Of a stretch of 64,000 bases of DNA, positions 48,993-57,436 are shown piece after piece. The translations under genes and the position numbers were made by a program. The DNA lies in assembly GCA_963731535.1 (NCBI GenBank), contig CAVSWI010000014.1, positions 4,017 to 68,016 of the forward strand. The letters run 5' to 3'. The DNA comes from an uncultured Acidobacteriota bacterium. Its GTDB lineage: Bacteria > Acidobacteriota > Terriglobia > Acidiferrales > UBA7541. Under the pieces are notes generated by a model. It was not told the origin of the DNA, did no database searches, and saw only the letters and a list, made by a program, of their open reading frames with translations. Every line of letters begins with the position of its first letter. Position 1 is the first letter of the stretch.

Positions 48993-49568
48993 GTGAGTTC
49001 GAACGCCACCACTTCGCAAACAGTTGGCCCGTTCTTTTCCATCGGTATGTGCCGATCGATAAAACAGAATCTCGCAGACGCCAATGTCTCCGGAGAGCGT
49101 GTCAGTATTGAAGGCCGCGTGCTCGATGGAGACGGCCAACCGGTTCCCGACGCGATTCTCGAAGTTTGGCAAGCGAACTCTCATGGAAAGTATGCGCATC
49201 CGGAAGATGATCAGGACAAGCCGCTGGAAGCGAATTTCTCCGGCTACGGACGTATTCCGACGGACGCTGAAGGAAAGTTCCACTTCACCACCATCAAGCC
49301 CGGACCAGTGCCGGACTCGTATGGAAAGCTGCAGGCTCCGCACATCGTGGTATCTGTGTTCGCGAGAGGCTTGCTGCGGCGTCTGGTGACGCGTATTTAT
49401 TTCCCCGACGAACCCGCGAATGACTCAGATTTTGCGCTGAAGCTCGTTGAACCGTCGCGGCGCGGAACCCTAATCGCAAAAAAGCTAGTGGGCGGTGTCG
49501 GCGCGCTTGAATGGAACGTCATCCTGCAGGGCTCCAACGAAACGGTTTTCTTCGACTGCGGACTTTGA
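48993..49568 (+). CDS. pcaG: Protocatechuate 3,4-dioxygenase alpha subunit
   Basis: TTSQTVGPFFSIG...ISIEGRVLDGDGQPVPDAILEVWQANSHGKYAH...APHIVVSVFARGLL. Begins 1 nt after the pcaH stop. Confidence 0.85.
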   Translation: MSSNATTSQTVGPFFSIGMCRSIKQNLADANVSGERVSIEGRVLDGDGQPVPDAILEVWQANSHGKYAHPEDDQDKPLEANFSGYGRIPTDAEGKFHFTTIKPGPVPDSYGKLQAPHIVVSVFARGLLRRLVTRIYFPDEPANDSDFALKLVEPSRRGTLIAKKLVGGVGALEWNVILQGSNETVFFDCGL

Positions 49569-49603
49569 GTCAGAAATTCTTACGGAAGGAATTGTGAGCA
49601 ATT

Positions 49604-50497
49604 TTGGCTATTGTTCGGGAAAACGACATGAATTCCGCCGCTAGGCTCGACACAGAAGGTCTCGTAGCCATCGACACGCACGTCCACATCGAATCCGACA
49701 GCGGCCACTCCGTAAACGAAGCTGCGCGCAAATATTTTGGCGCGAAGGGAGACGCCCCGCGCGGCGCTGCTCTCGCTGAATATTACCGCTCGCGAAAAAT
49801 CGCCTGCGTGGTTTTTTCGGTTGACGAGCGACTGACCGGCAGAAAACAGGTTCCCAACGACGAAGTCGCCGCTCTAGCCGCTGCGAATAGCGACATTATG
49901 ATCGCATTCGCTAGCGTGGACCCCACACGTGGCCCCCAAGCCATAAGCGAAGCTCGCCGATTGATCTCCACTGGAAAAATCCGCGGATTCAAACTGCACC
50001 CACCCATACAGCAATTTCACGCAAACGATCGTATCGCATATCCCTTTTACGAAGTCCTCGCTGAAGCGCGTATGCCCGTGATATTCCACACCGGGCACAG
50101 TGGCATTGGCACCGGCGTGCCGGGAGGAGGAGGCGTGCGGTTGAAGTACGGCAATCCCATGGACATTGATGACGTCGCGGTCGATTTCCCGGACATGCCG
50201 ATCATCATGGCCCATCCGTCATTTCCCTGGCAGGACGAAGCTATTTCCGTCTGTTTGCACAAGCCACAGGTTTATATCGATTTGTCGGGCTGGTCGCCAA
50301 AATATTTTTCTCCGACGCTCGTGCAGTACGCTAACACCTTGCTCAAAGAAAAAGTTCTTTTCGGTTCCGACTATCCGCTGATCACTCCCGATAGGTGGCT
50401 TGCCGATTTTGCAAAAATCGAAATACGAGAGGAAGTCCGGCCGCTGATCCTGAAACAAAACGCTGTCCGCCTACTGAAGCTCGACCAACCGGGTTAA
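49604..50497 (+). CDS. Amidohydrolase_2-family metal-dependent hydrolase/decarboxylase
   Basis: IDTHVHIES metal-binding start, FKLHP, FHTGHSG and MAHPSFPW...GSDYP. ATG 49628 is a possible start. Confidence 0.75.
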   Translation: MAIVRENDMNSAARLDTEGLVAIDTHVHIESDSGHSVNEAARKYFGAKGDAPRGAALAEYYRSRKIACVVFSVDERLTGRKQVPNDEVAALAAANSDIMIAFASVDPTRGPQAISEARRLISTGKIRGFKLHPPIQQFHANDRIAYPFYEVLAEARMPVIFHTGHSGIGTGVPGGGGVRLKYGNPMDIDDVAVDFPDMPIIMAHPSFPWQDEAISVCLHKPQVYIDLSGWSPKYFSPTLVQYANTLLKEKVLFGSDYPLITPDRWLADFAKIEIREEVRPLILKQNAVRLLKLDQPG

Positions 50498-50828
50498 GAG
50501 CTCCCCAGGACATACTATGATCAGGAGTTGACTGTGGTTTGAAAATGCTGGGAATCTGTCCGGGATCTAGCGGCGCGCCCGCGCACAGTTTTGCGGCGAG
50601 TAAAACACCCCTAGTAATACGGCGATGCCTGCCACCCTGCGTAACAACCCCCGAGTGTGCTCGCTGCGTTTCATGGATCGTCTCTTTTGAGGTTCCGATG
50701 CGCCAATCTGCAGACACGCAAGTTTTCAATTGCTTACCGCTTGAATTCGGAGAAATATAGGCCGCCCACACATCCCCTGAAGCGTTCGGTCGGCAAAATA
50801 CCAACAGGAATGCGGCGTCCAAAGCTAT

Positions 50829-52562
50829 TCAGATCAGCCTGATATTCCGTTCGGCCGTCTTGATCACCGCGTCCATCTGGCCGTTCCATACTTGTTTAGC
50901 AAGGCTAAGGGTGAAGCCTTTGGCCGTGTGGAAGGGGACATGCGATGGAAGCGATAGGGCAAACGTATCGACTACCGCGTCGACGACAACGGGGCCTCCT
51001 TTGTGCGCTAGTGCCGCAACAAGTCCTTCCCGTACATCACCTGGCTCTTCGATTCGAATTCCCTTGGCACCCATTGCCTCGGCCACCTTCGCGTAATTCG
51101 GGTTCTTGAATTCCACCCCGAACGGGACGAAACCGGCCTCTTGCTGTTCGATTTTCACGAACTCGAGGGACCCGTTGTTGAGGATGATCTGAACCACAGG
51201 TGTCTTTCGTTCTACCTGCGTCAACAGATCGCCCAGACCAAGCATGGTGAAGCCGCCGTCCCCGCACATGGCGATCGTCTGCCGGCCAGGATATGCCAAT
51301 TGCGCGCCGAACGCGTTGGGCGTGGCATTAGCCAAGGATGCCCATGAAAACGACCCGAAAATTCTGCGGTTTCTGCCGCCGGTGACGTGCCTCGCCATCC
51401 AAATGCAAGCCGTGCCAGTGTCAACGAAGAACATGGCGTCATCGGCGGCCACTTGGCTCAGCGTCGCAGCCAGGAATTCCGGACGGATGGGCTTGATCCC
51501 GGGCCCTTTCACCACGTAGTGTTGTACCAACTCGTGGAACGATTTCGTGTCCGCGACCTGCTTGTCGAGAAAGCTGGCGTCGCTCTTAGCAGTCACGCTC
51601 TTCAGCAAAGTGGTGACAGTCGCTTTGACGTCGCCAACAAGCCCCATATCAACTGCCGTCCGGCGGCCGATATGCTTGGGATTTTTGTCGATCTGGACTT
51701 TTTTCACGCTCTTGCCAGGGAGGAACTCCGAGAACGGGAAGTCCGTGCCGAGCAGAAGCAAGAGCTCGGCCTCATGAATAGCGCCATAGGCTCCTCCGTA
51801 ACCGAGCAGGCCGGACATGCCGACCGCATTAGGATTGTCGTGTTCCAGCCACTGCTTTCCGCGAAATGAATAGCCGACAGGCGCCTTCAATCTGTTCGCT
51901 AGCTGGATCACTTCGTCGTGAGCATCCCTGCAACCATCTCCACCGAAGATAGCTACCGTCTTCGCATCGTCGATCATTTTCACAAGCTGATTCAGATCTG
52001 CATCAGACGGACGCAAAGTGGACGCGCCGGGGATTCTGATCTCGGCAGATTGGTCGGCCGCATCGGCCGACGCAATGTCGCCCGGAATCGAGATTACCGT
52101 AGGTCCCTTTTGCGTCACGGCGGTTAGAATCGCGGTATTAATGATCGCCCGTGCTTGCTTCGGGTTGACGAGGCGCCCGGTGTAGAGGGATGCGACTTCG
52201 AAGAATGTGTAAGGATTAAGTTCTTCGATTGCGGATGTGTCTATCATGCTCGTCTCCACATCTCCCGCAATCGCGATAACCGGGGCTCCCTCCTTGCGCG
52301 CGTCCAACAGTCCGTTGATCAAATGGGTGACGCCTGGGCCGGCCGTTACACACACCGCAACCGGATTGCCTGTGAGGTAAGCCTCTGCGACGGCGGCAAA
52401 AACGCCGTATTCTTCGTGGCGAACGTGTATCAACTCTATCTTCCCGTTGCGGCGCAGTCCGTCAACGACGGGATTTAGAGCGTCTCCAACAATTCCATAG
52501 CAGCGTTTGACTCCGGCATTCGCAAGCATCTCCCACAAGACATCCGCAACATTTCTCGACAT
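50829..52562 (-). CDS. Thiamine-diphosphate-dependent pyruvate oxidase/dehydrogenase (PoxB-like)
   Basis: 577-aa ORF. N-terminal Pyr domain (GVKRCYGIVGDALNPVVD...HEEYGVFAAVAEA) and the TPP motif GDGGFTML...NNG. Confidence 0.85.
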   Translation of the reverse strand: MSRNVADVLWEMLANAGVKRCYGIVGDALNPVVDGLRRNGKIELIHVRHEEYGVFAAVAEAYLTGNPVAVCVTAGPGVTHLINGLLDARKEGAPVIAIAGDVETSMIDTSAIEELNPYTFFEVASLYTGRLVNPKQARAIINTAILTAVTQKGPTVISIPGDIASADAADQSAEIRIPGASTLRPSDADLNQLVKMIDDAKTVAIFGGDGCRDAHDEVIQLANRLKAPVGYSFRGKQWLEHDNPNAVGMSGLLGYGGAYGAIHEAELLLLLGTDFPFSEFLPGKSVKKVQIDKNPKHIGRRTAVDMGLVGDVKATVTTLLKSVTAKSDASFLDKQVADTKSFHELVQHYVVKGPGIKPIRPEFLAATLSQVAADDAMFFVDTGTACIWMARHVTGGRNRRIFGSFSWASLANATPNAFGAQLAYPGRQTIAMCGDGGFTMLGLGDLLTQVERKTPVVQIILNNGSLEFVKIEQQEAGFVPFGVEFKNPNYAKVAEAMGAKGIRIEEPGDVREGLVAALAHKGGPVVVDAVVDTFALSLPSHVPFHTAKGFTLSLAKQVWNGQMDAVIKTAERNIRLI

Positions 52563-52701
52563 AGGAACCTCCGTTTTGAGGTGAAATTCCGATTTTGATC
52601 ACCAGACTCGGCACATTGCGCACGAAACAACAAGTCCGCTACTTTCTTCTCAGCACCATGCCGCTCTCCCCCACCCAGAGATGAAGAGTCGTTTTGCCAT
52701 G

Positions 52702-52860
52702 CTAGACATCCCCACACGCATAAGATAGAAACTGCTCTTCGACATCTACAGAAATTGAGGTCGGCGCTGTTCGTATTCTTTCTTGCTGGAACCCGATGGC
52801 CTGGAACTCTCCCCACTTGGTGGGTAGTCGCGTGGCGGCCACTCGTCGAATATCCGGTAT
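52702..52860 (-). pseudogene. N-terminal remnant of GTP cyclohydrolase II (ribA)
   Basis: The end of ORF 52702-53007 reads IRRVAATRLPTKWGEFQAIGFQQE...EEQFLSYACGDV, then a stop. This parallels the E. coli RibA N-terminus [23 protein letters not shown]...HVALVYGDI. No start codon, and the remaining ~150 aa are absent. Confidence 0.5.
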
Positions 52861-53084
52861 TGGGCAGCTCGTTTCATGATTCGAGAATGAGAAACAGAAA
52901 TTTTCAAAATATATTCGCTGTTGTGTTCGGCCTCCAGCCTCCGCCGCATGTGTTCTCTTCGGAGAATTACCCCCCTTCAGCGACCCTGCAAAATCAGAGA
53001 CCGCCAAATTGCAATTTTGCGTTCATCAAAATGTGCAAGGCGTGTTCACCTTCGCGAGCCAGACTCACATTTCTCCTTGCCTGC

Positions 53085-54086
53085 TCAATCGCCGGCTGAC
53101 GCGTGCTTTTGGTACCGAGTCTCTTCCTCCAGACCCTCGCCGAGTAAGCGAGCCAGTTCCAGTGTCGCCTCCATGCAGCGCTTTGAGTGCGCTGTCATTT
53201 GAATGAAACCGTGTGGCAACTCCGGGTAGTGGACATAGGTAATGTCATTGCCATCCTTCGCTAGCTTCTGCGCATAGGCATGGCCAACATCACGCAGCAT
53301 GTCGAAACCGGTGGTGACAAGAATGGCCTTCGGAAGATCGGCATGGCTCGGTGCATTCAAGGGAGTCACATAAGGCTGTGAGTAGTCCGTGCCTTGTGGA
53401 AGCAACGACCACACAAACAACAAAACTCCGGCGGTATCTACATAGCCACCTGAGCGATTCTCAACGCCCGCGCGCGTATTGAACGGCATCGCCGCTTCCG
53501 GGTAGAGCGGCATCTGTAACGCAAGCTTTGGTCCCTTCTCGTCTCTCAACTTTAGCGAGATGGTGCAGGTCATATTGCCGCCTGCGGAATCACCGCTAAG
53601 AGCGATGCGCTTCGGATCGATGCCGCGCTCAGCAGCGTGCTTGAACAACCAACGGACGACAAACTCACCCTCCTCAATCTGGACAGGCCACTGGTACTCC
53701 GGTGCGAGCTTGTAATCGACGGCATACACCTGGGCACCGCTATTCTCGGAGAGCAAGCGCATCGCGGACTCGAACTGGTCGAGTGATCCGACAATGAAGC
53801 CGCCGCCGTGCAGATAAATCATTGCTGCGCCCTTTGCGGGGCCTGGTTTCGATGGATGGTAAACACGCACTGGAATAGTTCCATGTGGTCCTTCGATCGC
53901 GACAAATTCGACTCTGCCGATCGGTGGTTTCACCTTATCGATGAACGCGTCGTGTTCGCGGCGCTGCACGTGTATGGGTAAGTGCGCACCCAGAACGGGG
54001 CCTGTCGGGAGCCATGCCGCAATCTCCGGCTCGAGTTTGGTGCGTTCGACTTGTGCGGGAATTTGAGACTTTGAGTAAATAGGCAT
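53085..54086 (-). CDS. Alpha/beta hydrolase, hormone-sensitive-lipase-type esterase
   Basis: Oxyanion motif HGGGF and nucleophile elbow GDSAGG, with the C-terminal part of the fold carrying H (LPHGF). SD GGAGG lies 7 nt before ATG 54086. Confidence 0.85.
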   Translation of the reverse strand: MPIYSKSQIPAQVERTKLEPEIAAWLPTGPVLGAHLPIHVQRREHDAFIDKVKPPIGRVEFVAIEGPHGTIPVRVYHPSKPGPAKGAAMIYLHGGGFIVGSLDQFESAMRLLSENSGAQVYAVDYKLAPEYQWPVQIEEGEFVVRWLFKHAAERGIDPKRIALSGDSAGGNMTCTISLKLRDEKGPKLALQMPLYPEAAMPFNTRAGVENRSGGYVDTAGVLLFVWSLLPQGTDYSQPYVTPLNAPSHADLPKAILVTTGFDMLRDVGHAYAQKLAKDGNDITYVHYPELPHGFIQMTAHSKRCMEATLELARLLGEGLEEETRYQKHASAGD

Positions 54087-54094
54087 TGATAGGC

Positions 54095-54340
54095 CTCCTT
54101 TGCTAATTTCTCTTTGTTAAAAACAAGAATCTTGATTGGCGAGTCGCACTGCATCACCCAATCGCCATTCAGAAGAGCATTTCATTTGCCGCGACCGCGA
54201 GACTGATCCACTTTCATGAATTCAAAGGATTTGTGAAATCAGACGAGTAGCGAACCACTTAGTGAAACGTGAAATCTCACGTCGAGCCGAGATACGGACG
54301 CGAAATATCGCGTCCGCTACCTTGAAAGGCTTGAACAGAA
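54095..54340 (-). repeat. Copy 1 of the ~250-bp conserved non-coding element (directly upstream of the esterase SD)
   Basis: Homologous to 59085-59346 in the same orientation. Block 54101-54174 against 59092-59165 is 68/74 identical. The strand is assigned from wobble-compatible substitutions (see findings). Confidence 0.8.
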
Positions 54341-54447
54341 GTGTCGAGGACCGAACGTTACGAGTGCCAGCTGGATTTAATCCCAAGCTTCTTGATGGAG
54401 GGGGTTTACCTTGTAATGAAATAATACCTGTCGCCCGGAGCAGCCGC

Positions 54448-56091
54448 TTACCACGGGTGAAAATGGGTGGGGCCGATCTTGGGTCTTATTCGGGTGACGG
54501 CTATCGAGATTAGGGCGACCACGCCTAGCGTCGCCAGGCCGAAGTAGATATCTATGTAGGAGAGCAGCCTGCTCTGGGTGATCACATTATTTTGAAAGAG
54601 CTGCAATGCTCCCAGCGCGGGATCGCTGGCAGCGCCGCCGTTGCGGTGAATCAGATCGGCATATTGCGCGAGGGTGGATCGAGTGTTGGCGTCCAGACGA
54701 TTGGAGATGTCCAAGAGGCGCGAGGAATGCAGCGTCATGCGGCGATCGAACATGACCGTCGCCGCGGTGACTCCAAAAGTGTTCCCGAGCTGGCGGACAA
54801 AGAAGTAAGTGGTGGAAATATCGTTGACGTCGGCTACGGGCGCGTTGGAGGTGACAACGTTGCCGGCAGCGAGGATAACGGGCGCGACGCAAAAACCTTG
54901 CAGGAAAATTGCGGGAGCCAAGACTACGGTGGGAGTGGTGGGCGTCCAGATGTAGAAGATCGTGACATACGTTGCGATCAAAAGCAGCAATCCGATGACA
55001 AGCGTGCGGACCGGCCCCAAGCGGGGAACGAGCACGTGCAAAGTGAGCTGGAGTCCCAACCCAAGGCCGAGCGTGTACATCGAAATAAAACCGCCCGCCT
55101 GCAAGGCGCTGTAATCCTGGACGAAGCGAAGGTATTGCGGGACGACATAAAGCCCGGCACCGAAGAACGCTCCCACGATCATTATCACCAAGAAGAAGGA
55201 GCGCAGGGACGCGTGCCGCGCGATGATGCGCAAATGAAGTACCGGCGATATGTTTTCGGGGCGATAGTCCCACCAGAGAAACGCGATAAAGAAAATGGCA
55301 GCCGCAACCAGTGCGGTAAGAATCCAGTTCGACTGGAGCCACAGATCGCGCTCGCCGCGGCTGATGGCAATCTCCAGGCAGGCCAGCGAGGCGATCAGCA
55401 GAACTGCACCCCACACATCAACCTGACGCTCTTTCTTGCGCTCAAACAAACGACCTGGTGGAATAATTTTCCAGATAAGAAAAGCGCCGATCGCCAGAAA
55501 GGGAAAATCAACCAGGAAAGCATAATTCCAGTGAAAGGTGTCGGTGACCCACCCCATGACGACCGGATACGGGACTTCAAAAGCAGCAAGAACGAGGTAA
55601 AGCCGGGTGACCGCCGCCATCCTCGCTTTCCCGGGAAACAGCACCCCGGAGAGAATGACGACACGCACCAGAAACGCTCCACCACCGAATCCCATAATCA
55701 AGCGTGAAGCCAGCAGCTGCGCGAGGCTACCCGTGCTCAGCACGCAGCCCATCGCACCCGTAGCATAGATCGCGATGCTTAACAGCAAGTGGCGCCTGGT
55801 GCCAATGACGCGAGTCATCCAAGCCGCCATTGCAATTGAGCAGAGGTAGCCCACATTATAAAGAATGATCACCCAGCTGATTTGATCGGAGCTGGCGCCT
55901 ACGTTGCCCTGCATGTCCGGGAGGAACACGTTGATGGAGAGGCGGTTGGAGATTTCAATGGCGGCAACCATGCCAACGGTCAGGAGCATGGCCATCCGGC
56001 GCCCGTAAGACACGCCCGACAGTATGCTGCTGAGAAACCGCTCCTCTTCGAGTTCCCAGGATTCTGGGGGGCTGCTACTTAGATAGGACAT
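54448..56091 (-). CDS. MFS drug-efflux transporter, EmrB/DHA2 (14-TMS) type
   Basis: 547-aa ORF with about 14 hydrophobic segments. Follows the HlyD-type and TolC-type genes in one operon. Confidence 0.85.
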   Translation of the reverse strand: MSYLSSSPPESWELEEERFLSSILSGVSYGRRMAMLLTVGMVAAIEISNRLSINVFLPDMQGNVGASSDQISWVIILYNVGYLCSIAMAAWMTRVIGTRRHLLLSIAIYATGAMGCVLSTGSLAQLLASRLIMGFGGGAFLVRVVILSGVLFPGKARMAAVTRLYLVLAAFEVPYPVVMGWVTDTFHWNYAFLVDFPFLAIGAFLIWKIIPPGRLFERKKERQVDVWGAVLLIASLACLEIAISRGERDLWLQSNWILTALVAAAIFFIAFLWWDYRPENISPVLHLRIIARHASLRSFFLVIMIVGAFFGAGLYVVPQYLRFVQDYSALQAGGFISMYTLGLGLGLQLTLHVLVPRLGPVRTLVIGLLLLIATYVTIFYIWTPTTPTVVLAPAIFLQGFCVAPVILAAGNVVTSNAPVADVNDISTTYFFVRQLGNTFGVTAATVMFDRRMTLHSSRLLDISNRLDANTRSTLAQYADLIHRNGGAASDPALGALQLFQNNVITQSRLLSYIDIYFGLATLGVVALISIAVTRIRPKIGPTHFHPW

Positions 56092-56106
56092 TGCGCCTCT
56101 TGCCAG

Positions 56107-57423
56107 TCAGCGAGTGTAAATGGTCGCTTCCACATTCATGCCGGGCCGCAGCACGAGATTCGGATTCTTGTTTGGCTTGACCAGAATTTTCACCGGAATG
56201 CGCTGCACGACTTTGATGAAATTTCCGGTCGCGTTTTGGGGCGGCAGCAACGCTTGCCGCGAGCCCGCCGCTCCGGCGATAGAATCTACCACGCCTTCGA
56301 ACTCTTGGCGGTACGTGTCCACGTGGATGCGAACTCTCTGGCCGCGTGCGACGTGGGCCATCTGAGTCTCCTTGAAGTTCGCGGTGACGTACACTTGATC
56401 GAGGGGCACGATGGTGAAAAGCAATTGCCCCGGCGAAACGTACTGCCCCAGGTCCACGGACTTCTGCGTGACTTGCCCGGTGATCGGCGCGGTAATGTGC
56501 GTGTAGGCGAGATTGAGCTCGGCCTGTTGTAGCGCGGCTTTGGCTCGCTCGACGGCGGCGAGCGCCGATTTATAAGTTGCTTCGGCGATGGGCACCTGTT
56601 GCTCGCGCGCTTTGGTCTCCATGAATTGAGACTCCGAGCGCGACACCCGCGCCTGGGCGGAACGTGCATTCGCTCGCGCAATCAGCACGGCTTGTTGCGC
56701 AGCGGAAAGCTGTTGTTCGGCTGCGGCCAGGTCGCTTTTGGCCACGCGCGCGGCGGCTTCGACGGCATCGAATTGATATTTGGAGACGTCGTCAGTGCCG
56801 AGCAGCGGCGTGTAGCGAGCCAGATCGGCCTGAGCGCGATCGTTGGTGGCGCGTTTTGCAGCTACGTTGGCCTCCGCGACCTGAAGATTTGCACTGGCGG
56901 ACTGTTCGAGTTGTGCCTGAGAGCTCGCATAGTCAGCGGCGTCGGATTCCTTCTGATGGACGGCTCCGCTGGTGCTGTGGGTTGTGGTTTCGCGCGTCAA
57001 GCCAATCTGGATTTTCGCGGAATTTGCCTGGGCCTCCGCGAAATCGAGATTGGCTTTGGCCTGCTCTACCTCGGCTTCATAGGTGCGCGGGTCAATCTGC
57101 ACCAGGAGGTCGCCTTCCTTCACGGGCGTATTGTCGTCAATATAAAGGTTAACGACATAGCCCGGAACCTGCGGCGCCATGGCGGTGATATGGCAATCCA
57201 CCTGAGCGTCGTCCGTCGAAACGCGGCCCGTGAACACGTACCACGCAATTGCGAGCAAGAGCAGGACTCCGACGATCGCGCCCTTCACGAAGGGACTCAG
57301 ACCTCGAAACCAGCGGCTCAATGAAAAAGGAGCCGGCGACGGTTGCGCCGGAGGCGGCTGCGGAGTTTCAGGCGACGCGGCCGCGCTGGGCGGTGAAGTT
57401 GGCATTGGAGGAGTGGAACTCAT
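56107..57423 (-). CDS. HlyD/EmrA-family membrane fusion protein
   Basis: N-terminal Pro-rich cytoplasmic tail, one TM, long Ala/Gln-rich coiled coil, and lipoyl/beta-barrel segments (GYVVNLYIDDNTPVKEGDLLVQID, GQVTQKSVDLGQYVSPGQLLFTIVP). Confidence 0.85.
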   Translation of the reverse strand: MSSTPPMPTSPPSAAASPETPQPPPAQPSPAPFSLSRWFRGLSPFVKGAIVGVLLLLAIAWYVFTGRVSTDDAQVDCHITAMAPQVPGYVVNLYIDDNTPVKEGDLLVQIDPRTYEAEVEQAKANLDFAEAQANSAKIQIGLTRETTTHSTSGAVHQKESDAADYASSQAQLEQSASANLQVAEANVAAKRATNDRAQADLARYTPLLGTDDVSKYQFDAVEAAARVAKSDLAAAEQQLSAAQQAVLIARANARSAQARVSRSESQFMETKAREQQVPIAEATYKSALAAVERAKAALQQAELNLAYTHITAPITGQVTQKSVDLGQYVSPGQLLFTIVPLDQVYVTANFKETQMAHVARGQRVRIHVDTYRQEFEGVVDSIAGAAGSRQALLPPQNATGNFIKVVQRIPVKILVKPNKNPNLVLRPGMNVEATIYTR

Positions 57424-57436
57424 AATCTCGTTTCTT

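Noticed and set aside
54137-54153. Sigma-54-like TGGCGA...TGCA in the conserved core of the repeat, on both strands.
   Set aside because: The GG to GC spacing is 11 nt on the plus strand and 12 nt on the minus strand, instead of the strict 10 nt. The -12 box is also not TTGC.
54113-54157. Shared upstream ORF MMQCDSPIKILVFNK encoded by the repeat core. Three of the four substitutions inside it are synonymous.
   Set aside because: By my rough estimate, about 1 in 9 random sets of 4 substitutions would give this pattern. The ORF has no common stop: it runs 75 aa in copy 1 and 131 aa in copy 2, into other genes. It also has no SD. It is kept only as an alternative in the main finding.
54262-54513. 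83-aa plus-strand ORF across copy 1 of the repeat and the MFS gene end.
   Set aside because: It has no SD and overlaps the MFS stop region. It lies in the non-coding repeat, and the corresponding region of copy 2 is not an ORF.
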